From: an uncultured Rikenellaceae bacterium
GTDB taxonomy: Bacteria; Bacteroidota; Bacteroidia; Bacteroidales; VadinHA17
Reading direction: 5' to 3'
NCBI GenBank assembly: GCA_964595725.1
Contig: CAZQRQ010000011.1
Location: 7,065-71,064 of the forward strand
DNA length: 64,000 bases
The position numbers and the translations under genes are program-made. Shown here piece by piece: positions 9,713 to 18,107 of the stretch. The number at the start of each line of letters is the position of its first letter. Within the stretch, counting starts at the first letter, position 1. Below the pieces are notes generated by a model. The model made no database searches. It saw only the letters and a program-made list of their open reading frames with translations, and was not told the origin of the DNA.

Positions 9713-12178
9713 GTGAAAATCACGGTTAAAGATCTAGCAAATATCACAGGAGGAGTCCTTAACGGCAAGGATGACCTGGTTATAGAGGAACTGCTAACGG
9801 ATAGCCGCCAGTTCAGTTTTGCTAAGGGTGTTGTGTTTTTTGCAGTAAAGGGTGAAAATCACGACGGAAGTCGTTTCATTAGTCAGCTTAATAAAAAAGG
9901 TGTAAGAATATTTGTGGCGGAATCAGACGACCATATTCCGGAAATTGCTAATAGTGGAGGGGCTTTTATAGTGGTCAGGAATGTTGTTGATGCAATGCAG
10001 TCCTTGGCAGCATACAGGAGAGCCTTATACAAGGGGACGGTCATTGGCATAACAGGCAGCACAGGTAAGACTATTGTAAAAGAATGGCTGTCTGACATAC
10101 TGGGTAATAATATTTCGGTTGTGAGAAGTCCGAAAAGCTACAACTCACAAGTGGGCGTACCACTTGCCGTCTGGAAACTTGAAAATAAATATGAAGCAGG
10201 GGTGTTCGAGGCTGGGATATCAATGCCTGGTGAGATGAGCAGGCTGGCAAGAATAATAGATCCAGGCATAGGTGTGATTACCAATATCGGAGATGCACAC
10301 CAGGAGAATTTCCCGGATTTTGCTTCAAAAGCTGTTGAGAAGCTGAAGCTTTTTAAAAATAGTCATACAATAGTATACTGCAAAGACCATTCGCTGATAC
10401 ATGATCTGATAATTCACGACCAGGAATTAAAGGAGAAAAGGCTTGTCAACTGGTCATACAAAGATGAAAAAGCTTCACTTTTGGTACGAAAGATCTTATC
10501 TGAACCATCAAGGACGGTCATAAGTGTATATAATAAAGGAGAAGAGTATGGTTTTGAAATACCTTTTGGAGATCAAGCATCGGTAGAGAACGCTATAACA
10601 GTAATTGCAGTCTGCACTGCAATGGGAATCAATAATGAAATCATAAAAGCCGGTATTAAGTCGCTTGAATCAGTTGCCATGAGAATGGAGATCAAGAATG
10701 GTGTCAATGGCTGCATTCTTATCGAGGACTATTATAACTCTGATCCGGGATCACTCAGGATGGCCATAGAATACCTAAAATCACAGAATAACAAGCGATC
10801 TATCCTTATCCTGTCCGATTTCCTTCAGAGTGGGAGGGATGATGAGGATCTCTACAGCGAAGTGGGAGGTCTGGTGAAAAAAACGGGGGTTAACAGGTTT
10901 ATAGGTATCGGGCGATCAATATGTTCGCAGAAGCATTTATTTCCTGACGGGAGCAGGTTCTTTTTTACAACGGACGAGTTCATAAGGAGTTTTCAACCTG
11001 CAGATTTCAGGGATGAGATCATACTGCTTAAAGGGGCAAGGGCCTTTGAATTTGAAAAGATCGGGAATTTGCTGGAATTGCAGGTCCATCAGACAGTACT
11101 CGAAGTAAACCTCGATGCCATCTCTCACAACCTGAATCAGTTCAGAAGGATTCTGAATCCTGGTACCAGGATCATGGCAATGGTAAAGGCATTTGCTTAT
11201 GGTGCCGGATATAATGAAATAGCAGGATTGCTGGAATATCACAGAGTCGATTATCTTGCAGTAGCATATACGGATGAAGGGGTCGATCTGAGGCTGGCAG
11301 GAGTCTCATCTCCTGTTGTTGTAATGAATCCGGAATCATCTGCATACAACAGCATGATAAAATACAATCTTGAGCCTGAAATATATAGCCCGGGTATCCT
11401 TAAAGGTTTTTCTTCTGCTCTTTCCAGACATGGCATCACGGGTTACCCGGTTCATATCAAGATCGATTCCGGTATGCACAGGCTGGGATTCATGCCTCAA
11501 GACCTTGATGAATTGCTGGCTTTTCTGCGAAAAAATGACAGGATAAGGATTATCTCAGTCTTTTCACATCTTTCGGCAAGCGAGGAAGAGAAATTTGACT
11601 CATTTACGAATAAACAGGTCGGTATTTTCCAGGATTGTGCCGACAGGATTGCTGGAGTTATTGGGTACAGGTTTCTCCGTCATATCCTGAATTCTGCTGG
11701 AATTGCAAGATTCCCTCAGTATCAGTTCGATATGGTGAGGCCTGGCATTGGTTTATATGGTGCAGGAACCTATCCGGGACTGGTTTTAAAACCTGCCGGG
11801 ACTTTCAAAACAAGAATTTCGCAGGTAAAAAATGTTCCGGGAGGAGAGCCGGTTGGGTATGATTGTGCTGATGTAGATTCATGGGAACGTTCAATAGCAA
11901 TTCTCCCAGTTGGTTATGCTGACGGCCTAAGCCGGAGAATGGGTAACGGGCAAGGAAGGGTTTTCGTAAATGGCCGTTCTGTTCCTATTATCGGCAATAT
12001 ATGTATGGACATGTGCATGGCAGATGTTACCGGTTTAAATGTATCAGAGGGAGACGAAGTAGAAATCTTTGGCAGGAACATTAGTGTGGATGAGGTTGCA
12101 AAATGGTGCGGTACTATACCTTATGAAATTCTTACTTCTATACCCCAGAGAGTAAAAAGAGTTTTTGTAAGGGAATGA
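9713..12178 (+). CDS. alr: Bifunctional MurF-like ligase / alanine racemase fusion
   Basis: N-terminal DSR, GITGSTGKT, SYNSQVGVP (Mur ligase); C-terminal MVKAFAYG PLP lysine, KIDSGMHRLG, VGYADG, GNICMDM, IPYEIL. Confidence 0.95.
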   Translation: MKITVKDLANITGGVLNGKDDLVIEELLTDSRQFSFAKGVVFFAVKGENHDGSRFISQLNKKGVRIFVAESDDHIPEIANSGGAFIVVRNVVDAMQSLAAYRRALYKGTVIGITGSTGKTIVKEWLSDILGNNISVVRSPKSYNSQVGVPLAVWKLENKYEAGVFEAGISMPGEMSRLARIIDPGIGVITNIGDAHQENFPDFASKAVEKLKLFKNSHTIVYCKDHSLIHDLIIHDQELKEKRLVNWSYKDEKASLLVRKILSEPSRTVISVYNKGEEYGFEIPFGDQASVENAITVIAVCTAMGINNEIIKAGIKSLESVAMRMEIKNGVNGCILIEDYYNSDPGSLRMAIEYLKSQNNKRSILILSDFLQSGRDDEDLYSEVGGLVKKTGVNRFIGIGRSICSQKHLFPDGSRFFFTTDEFIRSFQPADFRDEIILLKGARAFEFEKIGNLLELQVHQTVLEVNLDAISHNLNQFRRILNPGTRIMAMVKAFAYGAGYNEIAGLLEYHRVDYLAVAYTDEGVDLRLAGVSSPVVVMNPESSAYNSMIKYNLEPEIYSPGILKGFSSALSRHGITGYPVHIKIDSGMHRLGFMPQDLDELLAFLRKNDRIRIISVFSHLSASEEEKFDSFTNKQVGIFQDCADRIAGVIGYRFLRHILNSAGIARFPQYQFDMVRPGIGLYGAGTYPGLVLKPAGTFKTRISQVKNVPGGEPVGYDCADVDSWERSIAILPVGYADGLSRRMGNGQGRVFVNGRSVPIIGNICMDMCMADVTGLNVSEGDEVEIFGRNISVDEVAKWCGTIPYEILTSIPQRVKRVFVRE

Positions 12179-12880
12179 TCAGCCATCTTTACTGATCTTT
12201 TCGAGCCGGACGCAGTCAATAATAGCAATTTTTTTCCCCTGAAGCCTGATGATCTCTTCAGCTGCCAGATGTGATAAAGTCCTTATTGCGTTAGATGTGG
12301 TCATGTTTGAAAGGTTAGCCAGGTCTTCACGTGACAGGATTATATTAATTGTTACCCCGTCGTCTTCAAAGCCATAAGTGTCACGGAGAACCAGTAAAGA
12401 TTCTGACAGCCTGCCTCTTATGTGCTTCTGGGTGAGTGACACTGTTCTGTTTACCGTAAAGCCAAGTTCATTAGCCAGGATTTTCATAAAATGCAATGAG
12501 AGATCTGCATTATTCCTGAGGAGACTCCACAAAGGGATCTTATCAAAAATACAGATTGCTGAATCCTCAAGTGCAATGGCTGAGGCACAATAGTGGCCAT
12601 CTGCAAACAAAGCGCGATTACCTATTAATCCCTGCGGCCTGACAAGCCTTAAAATCTGCTCTCTTCCGCCTACTCCCTCCTTGGAAATCTTTACTTTCCC
12701 GGATGCGAGACTTATAAGTCCAAAGGGTTTTTCTCCCTCCCTAATTACCATCTCTCCTTTCCTGTATACTAAATAGGAATGATTTGATATCAAAATTTCC
12801 TTTTCTTTGTATGACAGGCTTTTAAATATAGAATAAGGTCCCTCAAGACAGTTTTGTATAAAAGGATTGTTATACTGCAT
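12179..12880 (-). CDS. Crp/Fnr family transcriptional regulator
   Basis: cNMP-binding barrel (EGE.P.G.....SG.VK) and C-terminal HTH LSREDLANLSNMTTSNAIRTLS. Confidence 0.93.
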   Translation of the reverse strand: MQYNNPFIQNCLEGPYSIFKSLSYKEKEILISNHSYLVYRKGEMVIREGEKPFGLISLASGKVKISKEGVGGREQILRLVRPQGLIGNRALFADGHYCASAIALEDSAICIFDKIPLWSLLRNNADLSLHFMKILANELGFTVNRTVSLTQKHIRGRLSESLLVLRDTYGFEDDGVTINIILSREDLANLSNMTTSNAIRTLSHLAAEEIIRLQGKKIAIIDCVRLEKISKDG

Positions 12881-12901
12881 TAAGAAATATTATGAGCTTA
12901 T

Positions 12902-12909
12902 CAAAGATA
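12902..12909 (-). promoter_or_regulatory. -7 promoter box (TATCTTTG) for the Crp/Fnr gene
   Basis: Matches TAnnTTTG 22 nt upstream of the ATG. Confidence 0.6.
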
Positions 12910-12993
12910 ATGATACAAGTGTAAAAAAAAATGAATTAACATTTTTTAACATATTCAAATACAGATACTTGCAGTAATAAAAGGGGGGCCGGT

Positions 12994-14646
12994 TCAGAAA
13001 ATAGCAACAAGGGGCATTCTTCTACCTGCTCCGAAAGCCTTTGAAGAGATTCTGAGAATAGGAGGGGCCTGGTACCTTTTGTATTCGTTCCAGTTGATCA
13101 TTTTTACAATCTTCAGGACAAGTTCTTTGTCAAATCCCGCTTCCACGATTTCAGTTGGTGATTTTTGCAGTTCAATATACTGGTACAGGATCGAATCGAG
13201 TACTTTATATTCAGGAAGAGAATCAGTATCGAGCTGATCATATTTCAATTCCGCGGAAGGAGGTTTCGATATAATATTATCAGGTATTACTTCGTTGTCT
13301 CTGTTTATATATCCTGCAAGCCTGTAGATATCAGATTTATAAACATCCCCGATTACGGATAATCCACCTGCCATATCGCCGTATAGTGTTCCGTAGCCGA
13401 CAGCGGCCTCGCTTTTATTTGAGGTGTTAAGCAGAATATGACCCAGCTTGTTTGAGTATGCCATCAGGATAACGGCTCTTACCCTTGCCTGTATATTTTC
13501 CTCAGTTACATCCGGAGGGAGGTTGTCAAATACAGGTAAGAGAACTTCTTCGAAGGCTGAAAAGGGCTTTTCTATACTTATCACCTCGTAATTTATACCA
13601 AGATTATTGCAGAGGTCGATAGCATCAGAAACTGAATGCTCCGATGAATATCTTGAAGGAAGAAGCAGTGCGGTAACATTTTCTGGTCCCAGTGCTTCTG
13701 CTGCAAGGCAGCAGCAAACTGCTGAATCTATTCCGCCCGAAAGCCCGATAACAGCTTTCCTGAATCCTGTTTTACTAAAATAGTCCTTAATTCCTACTAC
13801 GATAGCTTTATTAATAAGGGCTGGAATATCGGGTATAACTTCCTGTAAGATGGATTTATCAGCAAGTATCTCATCAAGTGAATAAGATCTGATACATTCT
13901 TCGAAGGCAGGAAGCTGATCTGCCATTCCACCCTTTTTATTGACCACAACCGATGCGCCGTCAAAAATCAGTTCCGTATTTGCACCAATCTGGTTTACGG
14001 CTAAAACAGGTATGCCATACTTCTTTGCTTTATCTGTAAAGATGTTTCTTCTTGTTACGATCTTCGAATAAGAGAATGGTGATGCAGAAATATTAATTAC
14101 AAGATCAGGCCCGAGCTTTGCCAGCTCATCCATCGGTGAAACGGTATAGAGGCGTACTTTCTCAAATGCATTGTCAAAGGGTTGTTCATCCCAAAGATCC
14201 TCGCAAATGGTCAGTGCAATTTTTATTCCGCTGAATTCAAAAAGGGAAAATGCCTTTTCCGGTTCAAAGTACCGGTATTCATCAAAAATATCATAAGTGG
14301 GAAGAAGAGTCTTATTCGCCTGGTAGACTATTTTGCCTTCTGACAGAACAAGTGCCGAATTGAACAACTTTTTACCTTCCTTCCTGTTGTTAATTGTCGG
14401 TGAACCAACAATGGCAGTTATACCCTTGCATTCTTCTGCAATCTCAATGGTTGTCTGTTTACACCTGTTAACAAAATCGATGTGGTCGAGAAGATCAAGG
14501 GGAGGATACCCTGATACAGAAAGTTCTGAAAAGACTATTAGTTCTGATCCTGCTTTTTTTGCATCATTTATCGCATTGCATATCAGTTCTTTGTTCTTAC
14601 TGAAATTCCCTATGTGGTAATTTAGCTGAGCAATGCTTATTCTCAT
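12994..14646 (-). CDS. nadE: Glutamine-dependent NAD+ synthetase
   Basis: Nitrilase-like N-domain (FSEL, K..LP.Y..FDEYRYF, ICEDLW) plus GLSGGIDS, ENIQAR, NKSE.AVGY.TLYGD, PPSAEL. Confidence 0.96.
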   Translation of the reverse strand: MRISIAQLNYHIGNFSKNKELICNAINDAKKAGSELIVFSELSVSGYPPLDLLDHIDFVNRCKQTTIEIAEECKGITAIVGSPTINNRKEGKKLFNSALVLSEGKIVYQANKTLLPTYDIFDEYRYFEPEKAFSLFEFSGIKIALTICEDLWDEQPFDNAFEKVRLYTVSPMDELAKLGPDLVINISASPFSYSKIVTRRNIFTDKAKKYGIPVLAVNQIGANTELIFDGASVVVNKKGGMADQLPAFEECIRSYSLDEILADKSILQEVIPDIPALINKAIVVGIKDYFSKTGFRKAVIGLSGGIDSAVCCCLAAEALGPENVTALLLPSRYSSEHSVSDAIDLCNNLGINYEVISIEKPFSAFEEVLLPVFDNLPPDVTEENIQARVRAVILMAYSNKLGHILLNTSNKSEAAVGYGTLYGDMAGGLSVIGDVYKSDIYRLAGYINRDNEVIPDNIISKPPSAELKYDQLDTDSLPEYKVLDSILYQYIELQKSPTEIVEAGFDKELVLKIVKMINWNEYKRYQAPPILRISSKAFGAGRRMPLVAIF

Positions 14647-14657
14647 GAGTTAACAGA

Positions 14658-15365
14658 TTAAAAGTTGATGCCAAACCTGAATTTAAGAATATTTTGAGAG
14701 AGCCTGTCTTTTGGCTGGCCATTAATATCATCCGATACATCGAGGAAGTTATTCTCATAGCCAAGGCCAAGTATCAGTTCAGTATTACCTCCAAGAGAAT
14801 ATCCTATACCAGCCATTATATGGTAAGCCAGGTTAAATGGTCTCAGTTCTTTCATAGCGGTTTCTCCTTCGATACCCGCTTCAGCAATGTCGACCTTCCC
14901 TCCAATAACGATCTTAGGATCTATTCCTATGTCTGTATAGAATCTAAGATACCCTATCTGGTTGGTCTCAAATTTTAATCCGAGCGGGATGCAAAGATAT
15001 TGAACCCGGTATACGACAGATGATCCGGCAGGTACTTCTGTATTAAAATTGTTGAAGACCATCTCAATAGTATCAGAATTTGCAATTCTTCCTCCAGCAT
15101 TCATTATATTGATACCGGTTGAAAACGAATAGTTGGAACTGAAGTATTTATTAAAGGTGAACCCGAAGTTAAATCCGGCCCTCGCACCATCATTGACAGT
15201 TTCCTTTGTGTCAGAAGAAAACCAGCTGATAACCGGATCTGCAAATACGCCAAACCTTATATTTTGAGCCCTGGCTTCAAAATTGCATATTGTAATGATA
15301 AATAAGGCCAGAAAAAAGCCCTGGGTTTTAGAAAGATTATAGTTTTTGTTGAAAATTGATTTCAT
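14658..15365 (-). CDS. PorT-like outer-membrane beta-barrel protein
   Basis: Signal peptide, alternating beta-strands, Y..QYL.IPLGLK motif, C-terminal Phe (FGINF). Confidence 0.8.
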   Translation of the reverse strand: MKSIFNKNYNLSKTQGFFLALFIITICNFEARAQNIRFGVFADPVISWFSSDTKETVNDGARAGFNFGFTFNKYFSSNYSFSTGINIMNAGGRIANSDTIEMVFNNFNTEVPAGSSVVYRVQYLCIPLGLKFETNQIGYLRFYTDIGIDPKIVIGGKVDIAEAGIEGETAMKELRPFNLAYHIMAGIGYSLGGNTELILGLGYENNFLDVSDDINGQPKDRLSQNILKFRFGINF

Positions 15366-15506
15366 ATTTTTAATCGGTTACTGTTTAATTAAAAAGCCTT
15401 CCCAATGGCATGTAAAAATAACAAATAAAAATGCAAGTTATTGTGAAGTATCAAACAGTTGTCTTATTCTTTAAAAGTCTCTAATTTAGCAGAAACACTC
15501 AAAACA

Positions 15507-16532
15507 ATGAAGATACGCAAGGGATTCCTCATATTGCTGGCCTTTGTTATTCCGGTTTTCACTGCCTGTGATGGCAACCGATACCGGGTTAATATTTCCG
15601 GTATTAAAGCAGATATCCGGATTAAAAGACTGGAGAAGGATCTTTTTTCAATGGACCCAGTTGACTTCAAAGATAATATCATTAAACTTAAGGAGGAATA
15701 CGGAAAGTTCCTTCAGTTGTTCAGCTATGTTATTAATATAGGTGAGGTCTCTGATAGCTCATGGAGCAATGGTCTTTTTTCATTTGCAACCGATAAGCTT
15801 AACTATGAAGTCTACCAGAACACACTTTCGGTTTTTCCTGACCTCACCTGGCTTGAAAACGGAATGACCAAGGCATTCAGGCATTATCTTTATTATTTTC
15901 CTGAAAAGCCTGTTCCCGAAATATATACATGTATAACGGGATTCAATAACAGTATCATAACACTGAAAGATTCTGTTCTTGCCATCGGTCTTGACAGGTA
16001 CCTGGGCTCTGAAAGTAAATATTACCCTATGCTTCAGATATACAGCTACCAGGCGGACAGGATGGAACCTGACCATATCCTGCCAGATGCAATGTATGGA
16101 TGGGCTTCATCGGAATGGGATTTCAGTGAGATGGACTATGATCCTGAAAATGTGCTTTCGGAAATGATTCATGAGGGAAAACTTATGTATTTCGTGAAGT
16201 GTATGCTGCCGGAAGAGAAGGATGAAAATATATTCGGATTCTCTGAAGCCCAGATGAATTTTTGCAGGAACAATGAAGACCAGATGTGGCAATATCTTAT
16301 TGAGAACAGTCTTCTCTTCAAGACTGACCAGTTGACGAGAAGGAAGCTTACAGGCGACGCTCCCTTTACCAGTTATTTTACAAATGAATCCCCGGGGCGG
16401 GCCGCTGTATGGATTGGATTCCGTATCATCGAATCATTTATGAGAAATAACAGCAATATCCGGCTGGCCGATATTATGCAGGTGACAGATGTGCAGATGA
16501 TACTGGAAAAAGCAAGGTACGTTCCGAAATAG
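15507..16532 (+). CDS. gldB: GldB-like lipoprotein
   Basis: Lipobox FTAC; I.LD.YLG, MI.EGK..Y, PGR...WIGFRI...FM, ARY.P ending. ATG 15507 preferred over the track's TTG 15459. Confidence 0.8.
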   Translation: MKIRKGFLILLAFVIPVFTACDGNRYRVNISGIKADIRIKRLEKDLFSMDPVDFKDNIIKLKEEYGKFLQLFSYVINIGEVSDSSWSNGLFSFATDKLNYEVYQNTLSVFPDLTWLENGMTKAFRHYLYYFPEKPVPEIYTCITGFNNSIITLKDSVLAIGLDRYLGSESKYYPMLQIYSYQADRMEPDHILPDAMYGWASSEWDFSEMDYDPENVLSEMIHEGKLMYFVKCMLPEEKDENIFGFSEAQMNFCRNNEDQMWQYLIENSLLFKTDQLTRRKLTGDAPFTSYFTNESPGRAAVWIGFRIIESFMRNNSNIRLADIMQVTDVQMILEKARYVPK

Positions 16533-16570
16533 CCCCTGGATTTTAACTTACCTGCAGATATCGTGAAATT

Positions 16571-16601
16571 AAAAAAGGTACCCGTTAAAGGCACCTTTTT
16601 T
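16571..16601. terminator. Bidirectional intrinsic terminator between gldB and the ferredoxin gene
   Basis: AAAAAAGGTACC-N7-GGCACCTTTTTT hairpin with flanking A/T tracts between convergent genes. Confidence 0.8.
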
Positions 16602-16622
16602 AATTCATTGATTACTACTATA

Positions 16623-16790
16623 CTACTCCGGATGTATTGCCTCAACCGGGCAAACATCTGCGCATGCACCGCAATCAGTGCATACATCAGGATCAATTAC
16701 ATATATATCACCCTCAGAAATAGCCTCAACAGGACATTCGTCAATGCATGTTCCGCAAGCAGTGCAATCATCATTAATAATGTAAGCCAT
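16623..16790 (-). CDS. 2[4Fe-4S] clostridial-type ferredoxin, 55 aa (below the ORF-track cutoff)
   Basis: Hand translation MAYIINDDCTACGTCIDECPVEAISEGDIYVIDPDVCTDCGACADVCPVEAIHPE*; two CxxCxxCxxxCP motifs. Confidence 0.96.
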   Translation of the reverse strand: MAYIINDDCTACGTCIDECPVEAISEGDIYVIDPDVCTDCGACADVCPVEAIHPE

Positions 16791-16828
16791 TTGTTTATTT
16801 GTTATTTGATTATGTTATTTTTCGGATA

Positions 16829-16836
16829 CAAAAATA
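16829..16836 (-). promoter_or_regulatory. -7 promoter box (TATTTTTG) for the ferredoxin gene
   Basis: Matches TAnnTTTG 39 nt upstream of the ATG. Confidence 0.55.
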
Positions 16837-16881
16837 CCTTATTTTTTTAAATTCAAAAAAACAAGCGGTCAATTATCATAA

Positions 16882-18093
16882 TTATAATATAATTGTGCCC
16901 TGTTTTTTAAGGAAATTAATTGCCAGCCACGACATATTTGCAACTCCGGTAATCATTCCGTTTTCATCAATGTCGAAATCGGAAGAATGGAGCATCCTTA
17001 TATTTTCCCCTTCCTTCCTGATTCCAACGCGATAGTACAGGGAAGGAAAGGCAGCTGTAAAAAAAGCAAAATCTTCAGAGCTCATCCTGAGATCAAATGT
17101 TTCCACATTGTCATTCCCAAGTAACTCCTTGCTTAGCTTCAAAGCTTCCCGGGTAAGATCCCTGTCGTTTACCAGGACTGGGTATCCCTCTGCAAACCTG
17201 ACTTCAATACTGACTTTATTTTCGTCTGCGACTTCTTTTGCAATCCTTCTTATAATTTTCTTGGCTTCCTTTCTCCAGTCTTCATCAAATGTCCTGAATG
17301 TTCCGGATATTTCAACCATTTCCGGTATTACATTGGTTGCCCCATCACCTGTTATTTTTCCAATACCCAGTACCGTCGGTATTTTGTTATCGTCCTTGAT
17401 TGAGTTAATCTCATCTTTTAGTGTTACAACGAGCTTTGAAGCTATATATACCTGATCAGTCACAAGGTGGGGCAGGGCGGCATGCCCTCCGGTACCCGTT
17501 ACAGTAATATATATTTCATCGCTTGATGCCATGTACATACCGGCCTTATATCCAACCTTGCCGGTTGCCAGCTCCGGCAGTACATGCTGAGCGATAACAA
17601 TATCCGGAGCAGGATCGTTTAGTGCTCCCGATTCGATCATAAGCCGAGCTCCTCCAGGGGAAAGCTCTTCTCCTGGCTGGAAAATAAGCAAAATTGTTCC
17701 CCCGAATTCGTCCTTCAAGGAATTGAGCATCTTTGCAGTCACCAGCAACATAGCCATATGCGCATCATGGCCGCAGGCATGCATCCGCCCCGTTATTTTA
17801 CTTTTATACGGCACCTCGTTTTTCTCACTCACCGGCAATGCATCCATCTCGGTGCGCAGGGCAATCACGCGGTTTGCTTCGTGAGATCCTTTGATCTCAG
17901 CAATTATTCCGGTTCCTGTAATACCTTTCCTGTAGCGGATACCGTACTCATCCAGCCTGGAGCAGATAAAACCGGCAGTTTCATATTCCTCAAATGACAG
18001 TTCAGGATTCATATGAAAATGCCTGCGGAGATCGGAAAGTTCATTAAGCAGGCTTGCTGAATTTGCCAGGATTATCTCTTTAAGATGATTCAT
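16882..18093 (-). CDS. M20D family amidohydrolase
   Basis: RR.FH..PELSFEEY.T, ALR.EMDALP, MHACGHDAH, FQPGEE, G.GGHAA.PH, SEDFAF, LHS..F. Confidence 0.92.
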   Translation of the reverse strand: MNHLKEIILANSASLLNELSDLRRHFHMNPELSFEEYETAGFICSRLDEYGIRYRKGITGTGIIAEIKGSHEANRVIALRTEMDALPVSEKNEVPYKSKITGRMHACGHDAHMAMLLVTAKMLNSLKDEFGGTILLIFQPGEELSPGGARLMIESGALNDPAPDIVIAQHVLPELATGKVGYKAGMYMASSDEIYITVTGTGGHAALPHLVTDQVYIASKLVVTLKDEINSIKDDNKIPTVLGIGKITGDGATNVIPEMVEISGTFRTFDEDWRKEAKKIIRRIAKEVADENKVSIEVRFAEGYPVLVNDRDLTREALKLSKELLGNDNVETFDLRMSSEDFAFFTAAFPSLYYRVGIRKEGENIRMLHSSDFDIDENGMITGVANMSWLAINFLKKQGTIIL

Positions 18094-18107
18094 TATCAGT
18101 TAATTAA

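Noticed and set aside
16563-16850. 95-aa plus-strand ORF in the track
   Set aside because: Antisense shadow of the minus-strand ferredoxin; it crosses the terminator and has no motif
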